Positions 1 to 8,955 of a DNA stretch of 52,645 nucleotides are shown piece by piece (the stretch's first letter is position 1; every line of letters starts with the position of its first letter). The stretch spans positions 1 through 52,645 of the IMG/VR virus record IMGVR_UViG_3300048858_000048. One strand, given 5' to 3'. This stretch comes from a virus. Lineage: Duplodnaviria; Caudoviricetes. The notes below the pieces were generated by a model that saw only the letters and a program-made list of their open reading frames with translations, was not told where the DNA came from and made no database searches. The position numbers and the translations under genes are program-made.

Positions 1-127
1 AAATAGATCCTAAAACGGCCGGGAAGATTAGAAAGGCGCTGGGGCTCAAGTGAGCCCCAGCCATACCGTTTCCGACAGAATAGACCCTGCATTCATCCAT
101 GATTACATCAAAGGCACAACCATCATG
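1..127. repeat. Terminal direct repeat, left copy (identical to 52519-52645); probable circular-assembly overlap
   Basis: AAATAGATCC...CAACCATCATG is present at both ends; 127 nt matches a common assembler k-mer size; the join cleanly links hicA to hicB. Confidence 0.95.
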
Positions 128-553
128 AAAACCTACAGCTATGCAGCTGTTTTCGAGCCGACCGATCGAGAAGGCGGCTTCACCGTCACATTTCCGGACG
201 TTCCGGAGGCCATCACGGAAGGCGAGGACATGGCCGACGCGCGCGCCATGGCAGAGGATGCCCTCGGCGTCGCTTTGCTGACCTATCTGGAGATGGGCCG
301 CACCCTGCCCGAACCCGTCGCAACCGGCACCATGATCGCGCCGGCCCCCGAGATCGCGATGAAGATCGCGGTCATCGAGACCTTCCGCGCATCGGGCCTG
401 TCCCGCACGGAACTGGCGCGACGGATCGGCAAGGATGAGAAGGAGGCTCGGCGCCTGCTCGATCCGGACACCGCCACGAAACTGCCGCTGATGAACAGCG
501 CACTGGCCGCCATGGGCCAGCGCCTGGTCATTGGTCTGGAAGCCGCCGAATAG
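125..553 (+). CDS. hicB: HicB-family antitoxin with C-terminal HTH
   Basis: MKTYSYAAVFEP..GGFTVTFPDVPEAITEGE..EDAL is the HicB N-terminal motif; follows hicA across the circular join; start moved to ATG at 125. Confidence 0.9.
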   Translation: MKTYSYAAVFEPTDREGGFTVTFPDVPEAITEGEDMADARAMAEDALGVALLTYLEMGRTLPEPVATGTMIAPAPEIAMKIAVIETFRASGLSRTELARRIGKDEKEARRLLDPDTATKLPLMNSALAAMGQRLVIGLEAAE

Positions 554-558
554 CTCGC

Positions 559-2478
559 TCATGCTGCAACCCTTTCCCGCTCGACGGCAAGGTGGTTGCA
601 GTTTGCCGCGACCAGCGCCTTAGCCACCGGCGGGCAGACACTGTTGCCGACGCAGGAGACCTGCACGGATTTCGAGAACGGCACCCAGAGCGGGCCGCCG
701 TTGTGGCCGATCTTCGTCCGGTGATGGAAACCGTCGATCTTGTAGTCAGGCGGGAAGCCCTGCGCGTTGAACAGCTCGCGCGGGGTCAACATGCGCATGC
801 CGATATCGACGATGACGAAGGTCAAGCCATTCACTTCGACGGTGACGAACTCACGCTCGTCCCATAGGCCGTGCGCCCGCATGAAATCCGCGACCTGGCG
901 CGCCCTTGCCGCCTGCGCTTCCGTGAAAGGCGGCACGTCGACGACAGCCTCGATATGAGCATGACGCTGCTTGACGGTCGCCGTGCGCATAGCCTCGTCT
1001 TCTCGCGAGCCTTCCCCGGTCCTGAAGTATGATTGCAGGTATGGCAGGATGAGCTGGCTTTTGCCCTGACCGTCCGCCATCGTGGTCGCCAAAGGCTGAT
1101 CAACAGGATGGCCGGTCGAGGTTCCGAACTGCCGGGCGATATAAGCAGAAGCGACCTGCTGGTGACTGCCCGATTGCGTGATCGTCGAGATCGCATCGTC
1201 CATCGACCGGCCGGGATTCACCCCGCCGAGGCGTCGGCTGTCATTGTTGGCTTGCGCCATCCATGCGCACATGACCGAGTTTTGATCCTTGTCGCTGGCG
1301 GTGATCGTATGCGCCTGTCCGTCGACAGGACGGTTTGCGCCACCCTGTTGCGCATAGGTCAGCACCGGCGCCAGAAGGCCAAGCGGCGCCGCGCCTCCGG
1401 GTCGCTTGATGAAGCTGTTGGCCGTGATCGTCGGCATCTGGCCGCCCATGTCGATCCCGGTCGCACCAGTATTGAAGCGCTGAATAGATGGAGAGATGAG
1501 CGCCTTTTCGCCACGATGGGCGGCCGTGATTACCCTTGCCGGCTCATCGATACTCTCGATGCGTCCGCCATGGGTGAGATTGACCAGGAAAGGACGGTTC
1601 GCGCGGATCACGAACCGGTCGAGGCCCCGAGCAATCCGGGCATGGGAGGCAGAAGCAAGCGGCCGAACAGACCGCAGGCCATGCTTTGCCCAAATCTCCT
1701 CCGCCGTGTCGAAGATCGAAGGGCAAGGAATGCTCCAGTCGATACAGTCCGCGACGATCGGCCAGGGAAGCTTGCGACCGGCAATCACGTCGGCATCGCT
1801 AGGGCTGCCGTGCGTCGGCTGCGGCCAGACGATCTTCTGTCCATCAAATCTCATGATGATGAACAGCCGCTTCCGAATCGTCGGCGCGCCGTAGTCGCGG
1901 CCGCGCAGCTCGCGCATCTCGATCTTGGCGCCGAGGCTGCGGAGCTTCCGGCACCATTTCTGGAACGTCTCCCCCTTGCGGTCAGGGTCGGGCATCTGCC
2001 CCTTTGCCGTTTCCATCAACGGCCCGTAATCCTTGAATTCCTCGACGTTCTCCATGATCACGACGTCGACCTTGCCGCCGCTTTGCTGGATACGCTCGAT
2101 CCAGCCGGGAATGATCCAGCATAGATCGCGGATATTGCGCGCCACCGGCTTGCCGCCCTTGGCCTTCGAGAAGTGCTTGCAGTCAGGAGAGAACCAGGCG
2201 AGGCCGATATGTTTTCCGCGCAGATGGTCGAGCGGGTCGATCCGATAAACGTTTTCCGAAAGATGGATCGTCTCCGGATGGTTGACCTCATGCAGCGCCA
2301 GGGCGTCGGCATCATGGTTGATCGCATAGTCCGGCGACCGGCCAAGCGCCTGCTCGATACCGGTCGAGGCGCCACCACCACCGGCGAAACTGTCGATGAT
2401 GATAGGCCGGCCGGGATCCGGATTGAGAAGTGTCGAGGCCGCCAACGCAGTGAGCAGCGAAGCTTGGTGCATGTTCAT
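559..2478 (-). CDS. DNA cytosine-5 methyltransferase (long phage type)
   Basis: Motif I FAGGGG, catalytic motif IV SPDC, motif VI ENV, motif VIII RKRLF, C-terminal GNSV. Confidence 0.92.
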   Translation of the reverse strand: MNMHQASLLTALAASTLLNPDPGRPIIIDSFAGGGGASTGIEQALGRSPDYAINHDADALALHEVNHPETIHLSENVYRIDPLDHLRGKHIGLAWFSPDCKHFSKAKGGKPVARNIRDLCWIIPGWIERIQQSGGKVDVVIMENVEEFKDYGPLMETAKGQMPDPDRKGETFQKWCRKLRSLGAKIEMRELRGRDYGAPTIRKRLFIIMRFDGQKIVWPQPTHGSPSDADVIAGRKLPWPIVADCIDWSIPCPSIFDTAEEIWAKHGLRSVRPLASASHARIARGLDRFVIRANRPFLVNLTHGGRIESIDEPARVITAAHRGEKALISPSIQRFNTGATGIDMGGQMPTITANSFIKRPGGAAPLGLLAPVLTYAQQGGANRPVDGQAHTITASDKDQNSVMCAWMAQANNDSRRLGGVNPGRSMDDAISTITQSGSHQQVASAYIARQFGTSTGHPVDQPLATTMADGQGKSQLILPYLQSYFRTGEGSREDEAMRTATVKQRHAHIEAVVDVPPFTEAQAARARQVADFMRAHGLWDEREFVTVEVNGLTFVIVDIGMRMLTPRELFNAQGFPPDYKIDGFHHRTKIGHNGGPLWVPFSKSVQVSCVGNSVCPPVAKALVAANCNHLAVERERVAA

Positions 2479-3920
2479 GCCGCGACCACCGCCTCCGGCT
2501 GCCTTGACAGCACCCTATGACGCCCAAGTCGCCCCGGCTCACTGGCCGGCGAGATCAACCCGGCCTCGACGAACTCGGCAATGATCGCTTCGACCGTGCT
2601 GTCGCGACGGCCGATCCCTCGGCAAAGGTCCGCGCGATCGAATTCGTCCCGCTGCAGGACCCATGCCCGCGCGTCCTCCCGGTCACGATCGACCCGCTCG
2701 TGAAGTTCCAGTTTAGGTGTCGTGCGGGGCGCATCGTCGAAGTACATACCAAGCGCATGACCGCCCTCGCCCGGCTCCAGCGCTTCCGTGTCGACATGGT
2801 CTTTCCAGTCGATCCGACGCATGATCGTCGTATCGCCATAGCTGCCGTCCTCTTGCCGTTCCCAAACCACCCAAGCCGTGTTCATGCGGCTGGACGCCTT
2901 CGGCCCCTCGTAGCCTTCGCGATGCATCATCGGCAGACGGCGCTTGAAGACATAGATCCGCGCTGGCGGGCATTCATCCATGACGAAATTGCGATCCTCG
3001 TCGGCAAAGCCGGCCAGGACATTGAGGTTCAGCAGTAGCGCCAGCTTGCGTGGTTTGTAGACGCGCAGCGCATGCGCGATGAAAGCATTGAGAACTTCGC
3101 CATAAGGCGGGTTAGTGACGATATCCGGCCCCTCCCCCACGGCTTCCGGCTTGCTCAGAAGGAAGTCGCCAACCGACTGGACGATCCCGGCCTCGGAGAT
3201 GGCGCCGCGATCCTCGATATCTGACAGGATTACGTCATAGCCATGCGCCTCGAAGACACGGCCGATGGCGTTGTAACCGCAGGCCGGGTCGAAGACCGTT
3301 GACGTGAAACTCTCGTGGGCCAGAAGCGAGATCGTCGCGACATCGGGCGTCTGATAGAAGTTCTGACCCCGATCTTCCTTGGAAGCCGAGGCCGTGCCGA
3401 TCGCGGCGCGCAGGCTGTTCTTCGTCGGCAGCATGCCCTGCGCGGAAATCCCAACGATGGTGCGGCGGATCACGCCTGGCTCTTTCAGCTCCGCATCACG
3501 CAGCTTTCGGGCGTCGAGAACCACCTGTTTGTCGAGGCCGAAATCTTCAAGCCGAAAAAGGTCTAGAGTTTCGACCTTTTTCGGCCGCCCTCGCGAGGCC
3601 ACCACGCCGGCCGCCTGCGCCGCGTCATATTCGTTAGCGAGCGCCACCCGTGCGAGGCTGCCGATTTCGAGCGCTTCGACCACCATTGCATGCGCCCGGC
3701 TGATGACGCCTTCGCTCGCTTTCATGCGGGCCGCGAAGCCGTGTGCGGCCTTGGCCTCATCATAGGCGCCCTCCGACAGCATCATCGCCGCGCGCATGTC
3801 GCCGGCGTCGAGGAGCTGCCGCGCCTGGTTGATGCGTTCGGCAAGGGCGCGGGTATCGAAACGGTCGACGGGAACCGGAACCGGCTGCGGATCGGGGAGA
3901 GCGACGGCCGCCATCATCAC
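2475..3920 (-). CDS. Amino (N6A/N4C) DNA methyltransferase with N-terminal helical extension
   Basis: FYQTP, SAM-binding FDPACG, catalytic TNPPY; overlap-coupled to neighbours. Confidence 0.75.
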   Translation of the reverse strand: MMMAAVALPDPQPVPVPVDRFDTRALAERINQARQLLDAGDMRAAMMLSEGAYDEAKAAHGFAARMKASEGVISRAHAMVVEALEIGSLARVALANEYDAAQAAGVVASRGRPKKVETLDLFRLEDFGLDKQVVLDARKLRDAELKEPGVIRRTIVGISAQGMLPTKNSLRAAIGTASASKEDRGQNFYQTPDVATISLLAHESFTSTVFDPACGYNAIGRVFEAHGYDVILSDIEDRGAISEAGIVQSVGDFLLSKPEAVGEGPDIVTNPPYGEVLNAFIAHALRVYKPRKLALLLNLNVLAGFADEDRNFVMDECPPARIYVFKRRLPMMHREGYEGPKASSRMNTAWVVWERQEDGSYGDTTIMRRIDWKDHVDTEALEPGEGGHALGMYFDDAPRTTPKLELHERVDRDREDARAWVLQRDEFDRADLCRGIGRRDSTVEAIIAEFVEAGLISPASEPGRLGRHRVLSRQPEAVVAA

Positions 3921-4111
3921 ACCGACCTCGCTTCGTCCATAAGCTCCCGCGTTTCCGCCTCGGAAAGGCCGGCCTCGCGGGCAATATCGGACAGTGAAAG
4001 ACCATCCGCCATCAGCTGGCGAACGCGCGCCGCCTTCGATTCGCGCACCAGGTCATCGGCTGTCAGGTCGTCTTGCGGCAAGGCCGCTTTCTGTGCTGCC
4101 CTGCTCATCAT
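3917..4111 (-). CDS. Small HTH-like hypothetical protein
   Basis: GLSLSDIAREAGLSE resembles an HTH; ATGA overlaps on both sides. Confidence 0.6.
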   Translation of the reverse strand: MMSRAAQKAALPQDDLTADDLVRESKAARVRQLMADGLSLSDIAREAGLSEAETRELMDEARSV

Positions 4112-4581
4112 GCACCCCTCGCCGCGACCTTGCGGTCAATCGTGCTGCAGGCGGCAGAAAGCGAAGAAGCGATGTCGGAGATCTTCTCCCGAAGGTCGCG
4201 CAGCTCCGCCAGGGAATATTCGCCATCGGAAAGAGCCTCGGAATGAGCGCCGAGATATTCGGACACCTCGTGCATGATGGTGGCGGTCTCCATCGAGAGC
4301 GATCGCACGCGCGATGCAGGAGAAGCGCTTTCGGTGGCAGCCGGCAGGCGGGCATAAGCAGAGGAGAGGATCGACCGCCCGAGATCCGCTTCAAGCGCGA
4401 TCATTGCCCAGTGCGGCATCTGGTCGGCCATGTCCCAGTTGTTCCAGTTTCCGACCACAGTCTTGCCGCAGCCGAGGAATAGGGAAATACGGTCAATGCC
4501 GCCGGCAGCCGCGATTAGATCGCGAGTGCTGCCCTTGATGGCCGGGAACCACGGCTGCTTGATGATGTCTTCTTTTTTCAC
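4108..4581 (-). CDS. Phage regulatory protein, CII-like
   Basis: Downstream of cro; 'TRDLIAAAGG..ALEADLG..ALSDGEYSLAE' pattern typical of alphaproteobacterial CII-like proteins; GGAGG RBS. Confidence 0.6.
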   Translation of the reverse strand: MKKEDIIKQPWFPAIKGSTRDLIAAAGGIDRISLFLGCGKTVVGNWNNWDMADQMPHWAMIALEADLGRSILSSAYARLPAATESASPASRVRSLSMETATIMHEVSEYLGAHSEALSDGEYSLAELRDLREKISDIASSLSAACSTIDRKVAARGA

Positions 4582-4916
4582 GGTGCCAACCTCCAGGCAA
4601 AGCGAGAGCGCAACCGGAATTTTTGTGAAAAATTCCAGTCGAGCGGTGTGCGGTCGAACGCTAATGATGATCGGGAGTCCGCTGATTTACGGAGACCCTG
4701 ATGCCAACTCTACAAACATGCCCCTGCCGACCGGGGATGAATTCCATGAGGCCGGTCGGCAGGGTCTCTTCAGAGCTGCCGCCGTGCAGCCCTGAAGCCT
4801 CGAAAGGTCAGCGCCGAGCCGAAACTGCTTGCCGCAACGGTGGGCGCGTTTGGCTCGGCGCACAGTCAGTCGCGTGGAGGATGACGCGCCCGACCGGAGG
4901 AGAATGGAGGATAGGT

Positions 4917-5042
4917 TCACTTGGCACCGGCCTTTCCGGCGGCGCGATGGCACCAGGCGATCGCACCCAATCCAATACAGCCGCCAACAAGACTGCCGGC
5001 GAGACCACCAAGCACAACCACGAGAACCGTTTGAACGATCAT
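4917..5042 (-). CDS. Small single-TM membrane protein (41 aa)
   Basis: MIVQTVLVVVLGGLAGSLVGGCIGLGAIAW; ATG overlaps cro stop (ATGA). Confidence 0.5.
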   Translation of the reverse strand: MIVQTVLVVVLGGLAGSLVGGCIGLGAIAWCHRAAGKAGAK

Positions 5043-5296
5043 TGCAGGGCCTCGACAACCGAACGAGGCTCCGGACGCACAATAGCGCAGTCGGGCCACA
5101 CAGCGCCGGCCGGCCAATTGTCTGAGAACCAGTGAATTGCCTCGTTAAAGCGAGCCGTAGTCAAGTCCGCCCCCGTCCTTAAAGCCCCCAATTTCTTGCT
5201 GTCCGCAAACACGCGACCGCTCACAGTTTTTTCCGCCACGCCAGAGGCGCGTTGATACGCGTCAGAAATCAGAAGCAGGTCAGCGATGTCGAACAT
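5039..5296 (-). CDS. Cro-like repressor
   Basis: Divergent from cI; MFDIADLL..YQRASGVAEKTVSGRVFADSKKL..WFSDNWP is a typical alphaproteobacterial phage Cro-like sequence. Confidence 0.7.
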   Translation of the reverse strand: MFDIADLLLISDAYQRASGVAEKTVSGRVFADSKKLGALRTGADLTTARFNEAIHWFSDNWPAGAVWPDCAIVRPEPRSVVEALQ

Positions 5297-5306
5297 GGAA
5301 TCACTA

Positions 5307-5380
5307 TCGGTTAAATTACCGAATAGCGCAACGATTTTATTACCGATATCCAATCTTCTGCATTCTGGTAAAAATACCAG
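5307..5380. promoter_or_regulatory. cI/cro operator region (OR-like): three related 16-bp sites
   Basis: TCGGTTAAATTACCGA (5307-5322), ACGATTTTATTACCGA (5331-5346, half-site), CTGGTAAAAATACCAG (5365-5380). Confidence 0.75.
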
Positions 5381-5381
5381 A

Positions 5382-6116
5382 ATGGAAAGCACCATTTATG
5401 AGCGCATCAAAGAGCGCCTTGACGCCTTGGGTTTGACGGAGACCACCGCCGCCAGAGCTGCTAATTTAAGCGAGGGAGCGATCCGAAATATCCGCCGTAG
5501 ATACGAGCGGGGCGAGCGACAGGTCGGGATCAGCTCGACCACCGCCGATAAATTGGCGCCAATCTTACAGACGTCCGTCGAATGGATCGTCGCGGGAACC
5601 GGCGAGCCGCAGGCTGCGCAACAAGCCCCACCCGCAACACCCCTCGTCCGACCAGGCCGGCCCCGCTCGAACGCTAGTTTTCCCCCGGTCTACCAGCGGT
5701 TTTCCGGAGAAACCACGCTCCCTGTGCTAGGCCAGACCAGTGCAGGCCCCAATGGTCGCTTCATCTTGAATGGGAGTGAAGTCGGCAGGGTATTCACGCC
5801 CCCGATGCTCGAAGGGGTCGAGGGCGCCTATGCTGTGCGGGTATACGGGACTTCTATGGAGCCCCGCTATTTTGCCGGCGAAACAGTCTGGATAAATCCC
5901 AGAGAGCCTGTGAGGGCGGGCGATGACGTAGTCGTTCAGTTGCTCACTGAAGTCGAGCACGAGCGGGAAAGTTATATTAAAAAGTTTGTTTCGAAATCTG
6001 CCAAGGTCACTCGCCTGTATCAATACAACCCTGATGAGGGCGAAGCCAACGAGCTTGAATATCCTTCAGACCGCGTGTTTTCCGTACATAAAATTGTTTT
6101 CCACGCTTCCGTTTGA
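5382..6116 (+). CDS. CI-like repressor, HTH plus S24 autopeptidase domain
   Basis: N-terminal HTH (AARAANLSEGAIRNI), Ala-Gly site (TSAG), catalytic Ser (GTSMEP) and Lys (YIKK). Confidence 0.9.
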   Translation: MESTIYERIKERLDALGLTETTAARAANLSEGAIRNIRRRYERGERQVGISSTTADKLAPILQTSVEWIVAGTGEPQAAQQAPPATPLVRPGRPRSNASFPPVYQRFSGETTLPVLGQTSAGPNGRFILNGSEVGRVFTPPMLEGVEGAYAVRVYGTSMEPRYFAGETVWINPREPVRAGDDVVVQLLTEVEHERESYIKKFVSKSAKVTRLYQYNPDEGEANELEYPSDRVFSVHKIVFHASV

Positions 6117-6371
6117 GGGATTGGCCGCTGGCAGCCACCGAGGCCGAACGGTCAGATTGCGCGCGCTCGGCGGTTGCGGCGGGCAAGCGCGGCAAAGGAA
6201 CTTCCTGCAGAGGTCCGAATAGGTCTGAACACCCTTTTGCGACGCTTGGAACAGGTCTGGCAGACCGAGCACAGTCGAGCGCCCGCAGTCATCACAAGCG
6301 ACGTAAACGCTGGTCAGTTCGACCACCAGTCTGTGTCCATCAGCGGCGCGGTTTGCGGTTCCATGCGACAT
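6066..6371 (-). CDS. Zinc-ribbon protein, candidate SOS-induced antirepressor
   Basis: MSHG...CDDC...CRAC; GGAG RBS; LexA-type box just upstream. Confidence 0.6.
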   Translation of the reverse strand: MSHGTANRAADGHRLVVELTSVYVACDDCGRSTVLGLPDLFQASQKGVQTYSDLCRKFLCRACPPQPPSARNLTVRPRWLPAANPSNGSVENNFMYGKHAV

Positions 6372-6386
6372 GCCTTTCTCCTGTTT

Positions 6387-6401
6387 GTTCCCAGTTCGTT
6401 C
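6387..6401. promoter_or_regulatory. Alphaproteobacterial LexA (SOS) box GTTC-N7-GTTC
   Basis: GTTC CCAGTTC GTTC, about 15 nt upstream of the 6371 start codon. Confidence 0.7.
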
Positions 6402-6489
6402 CGGGTGGTTGTCTTTAAAGCGAATCACTCGCGAAGAGTCCAGAGGATTCATTGGCGCCGCGATCAAAAAGTTAATGACTCCATATAGA

Positions 6490-6563
6490 TCGGTAATATT
6501 ACCGAAACGGGCTTGTATATCGGTAAATTTACGGCTAGCTTTTCGGCATCGGTAATCGACCGA
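6490..6563 (+). promoter_or_regulatory. Early-operon promoter/operator region (OL-like)
   Basis: Perfect palindrome TCGGTAATATTACCGA (6490-6505), TCGGTAAATTTACGGC (6520-6535), TCGGTAATCGACCGA (6549-6563); putative -35 TTGTAT (6513), 17 nt, -10 TAGCTT. Confidence 0.75.
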
Positions 6564-6581
6564 TGCAACAAGGAGCCCCCG

Positions 6582-6887
6582 ATGCACAAGTCCAACAAGA
6601 AAGCCCTTCCCCGCCTGACCCGCGATATTTTTGCCGCGAAGGTCGCCGGTGCAAAATCCAAGCATGACCTATATCGCGCTGGCTTTGACGACGAGGTGAT
6701 TGCCGCAACGGCCGCCGGCGTCGAGGCACTGACCCAGTCGCTCGAAGACGGCATTTTCAACGCCTACCTCTCCGGTTGCCGCCTCGAAAAGGACTATATC
6801 GCCGCCGGTTTTTCGCCGGAAGAACTCGCACTCGTCTCCGATCGCGTTGCCAAGAGGGTGCGTGCCGCCGAGCCGATGGCAGCCTGA
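6582..6887 (+). CDS. Hypothetical protein, first gene of early operon
   Basis: AAGGAG RBS then ATG at 6582; internal repeat LYRAGF / YIAAGF. Confidence 0.7.
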   Translation: MHKSNKKALPRLTRDIFAAKVAGAKSKHDLYRAGFDDEVIAATAAGVEALTQSLEDGIFNAYLSGCRLEKDYIAAGFSPEELALVSDRVAKRVRAAEPMAA

Positions 6888-6970
6888 AAGCGAGCCGCCT
6901 TGGCCCGCTTCGGTGACCGGCTCCCGACGAGGGGGAGCCGGCATCCCAATCAGGCGAAAGGACCAACCCC

Positions 6971-7321
6971 ATGAGAAACAAGGAAGAGGCCGGTCAGATT
7001 GACCGGGCGGCCGGCACGCGCTTGCGCACTATCCGGAAAGTGCGCGGCATATCGCAGGAAGCGCTTGCCGCCGCTATCGGCGTCACGTTTCAGCAGGTGC
7101 AGAAATACGAGAAGGGCACAAACCGAATTGCGATCTCGACGCTCGTTCTCATATGCCGCGCCTTGAATTGCACGCCGATGGAAATCATCGGCGAGGATCT
7201 CGATCGGAGCGCCACCGCGACGATCGACACGCTGGCAAGCCACAACGCGGATCTGGTGCGCCGCCTTGCCGAAGTCGCCAAGATCGCCCGGCTCCCGCAG
7301 CGTGGGGAGATGCGCATATGA
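6971..7321 (+). CDS. XRE-family HTH regulator
   Basis: RKVRGISQEALAAAIGVTFQQVQKYEKGTNRI. Confidence 0.9.
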   Translation: MRNKEEAGQIDRAAGTRLRTIRKVRGISQEALAAAIGVTFQQVQKYEKGTNRIAISTLVLICRALNCTPMEIIGEDLDRSATATIDTLASHNADLVRRLAEVAKIARLPQRGEMRI

Positions 7322-8145
7322 GCGAGAAGCCGTCAGACGAAAAACAGCATTTCGGCTGGTTCCAGGCGCGCTATCTGGCGCCGCTTTTTCCGTTCGTCGA
7401 GTATGCCCGCGAGATGGACCCGCTGCGCTTTCTCGATGGCAGCATCGGGCTGGAGCCCTGCGCCGAGGGCGGCGCCTATCTGGTCGCCGTGACCAGTAAT
7501 GCAACGGTCATCATTCGAGATCCGGAAGCTCATATCGACGAGCCTGTCACGCTCGATATCCCTGACGCTGCATTCATGCGGGCGCAGCCCATCTTTGCGC
7601 CCTGCATGAATTATGAAGGTAGGCACTACGCCGTGCCTGCACCCGAGTGGTCGCAGCCGGGTTTCATCTATGTTTATCGGGCCGGGATGCATATCGCCCC
7701 CAAAATGCGCCACCCGATGTGGGCCGAGGAAGCCTACGATTTCCAGCCGGCCCTGTTCGGTGTCGGCACCAGCGTGGGCAAACATGAAATCGGCCATGAC
7801 TATCGCATGACCGACGGTTCGCCGGCGAACTGGCGCGCCCTTCTGAAAAACGTCAACACGACCCCGCTCGCGGACGATTCCACCCTCTTCTTCAATCCGA
7901 GGGTTCCGGCGCTCTTCTTCGACCTGGTTGATGCGGTTTTCGAATATGAGGCCGATCGCCGCGAAGATCCGTGGTTCGCCGTCGCCCACACGATAGCAGC
8001 GACGAAGAACGCGAACACCGCCATCGTCCGCTTCATCGGCCACCCTGACATTATCGGCCTTTGGGCAGGCCAGAGGGCGACCGAGCCGCTCGCACCCATC
8101 CCGGCGCACTTCTTCGACATTCCAACGGCGGAGGACGGCCAGTGA
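7318..8145 (+). CDS. Hypothetical phage protein, possible divergent beta-clamp-like fold
   Basis: LRFLDGSIGLEP..GGAYLVAV resembles the clamp segment 'R.L.G......LVATD'; ATGA-coupled. Confidence 0.5.
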   Translation: MSEKPSDEKQHFGWFQARYLAPLFPFVEYAREMDPLRFLDGSIGLEPCAEGGAYLVAVTSNATVIIRDPEAHIDEPVTLDIPDAAFMRAQPIFAPCMNYEGRHYAVPAPEWSQPGFIYVYRAGMHIAPKMRHPMWAEEAYDFQPALFGVGTSVGKHEIGHDYRMTDGSPANWRALLKNVNTTPLADDSTLFFNPRVPALFFDLVDAVFEYEADRREDPWFAVAHTIAATKNANTAIVRFIGHPDIIGLWAGQRATEPLAPIPAHFFDIPTAEDGQ

Positions 8146-8690
8146 GCAACGCGCCCCTCAAGTCGACCCATCTCGATTTCATCAACAGCCAGGATGACTT
8201 CGACGGCGCAATTCGCGCGATCGAGACGGCATTGCCGGATGCCTACTGGCACCTTGCCAAGGGCAAGATCTCTGCGAACGAAGCGCTCTATGCCGCCGTC
8301 ATATTCGACGGCGTCACGCCGATCGGCGACGCGGAAAGCGATCTGGGGCCGGGCGATGCCCTGCGCCGTGCGCTCGCAGCCGCACTGTCCGGAACATGGG
8401 TAAACCCGGTCGACGACGATCCGAGCGACCAGGACATCATCCGGCATATCGCCACTGTTGCCACCCGTATCGGCGACCGTGCCGGCGAACCCGCCATGGA
8501 GCTAGCCGGCCAGATCATCTCGGTGCTCGCAGCCAACCCGGAGATGACCGGAGACTTCATGACACACGGGGCGGAACTGTTCATCGACGGGCGCATGAAC
8601 GTCGAGCACGGCTGCCTCCCCTATCGGGCAATCAATGGCACGATCGTGTCGCCGGCCCTCCTCCGCCAGAAGATGGGGATCGCGCAGTGA
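8142..8690 (+). CDS. Hypothetical phage protein
   Basis: GGAGG RBS, GTG start overlapping upstream stop. Confidence 0.65.
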   Translation: MSNAPLKSTHLDFINSQDDFDGAIRAIETALPDAYWHLAKGKISANEALYAAVIFDGVTPIGDAESDLGPGDALRRALAAALSGTWVNPVDDDPSDQDIIRHIATVATRIGDRAGEPAMELAGQIISVLAANPEMTGDFMTHGAELFIDGRMNVEHGCLPYRAINGTIVSPALLRQKMGIAQ

Positions 8691-8941
8691 GAAAGTCGAC
8701 GATCAATTTTCCGAAGCTCGACGACGATATCGATGAGGCGGACTCGCTGGCAGCCTTCGAAGAGCGCAGCCGCCGGCTCGTCGACGACGAACGGCGGATC
8801 GTCATCCGGCGCTCGGCAATGGTGCTGGTCAGCCTTCCGCGGATCTCCATGCACGTCGCAATGCGGGCCAAGCCCGAAGCCAAAGAACCCACCGCATCGC
8901 CGGAGAGGCCTAAAGTCCTCCGCGACGCCAAGTATTCTTGA
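8687..8941 (+). CDS. Hypothetical protein
   Basis: GTG start (VRKSTINF) overlapping upstream stop. Confidence 0.5.
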   Translation: MRKSTINFPKLDDDIDEADSLAAFEERSRRLVDDERRIVIRRSAMVLVSLPRISMHVAMRAKPEAKEPTASPERPKVLRDAKYS

Positions 8942-8955
8942 GGAGGCAAACGCCG

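Noticed and set aside
4687-4920. Possible GTG-start ORF between the small membrane gene and cII
   Set aside because: It has an overlap-style start but Arg/Ser-rich, non-protein-like composition; not enough support to annotate
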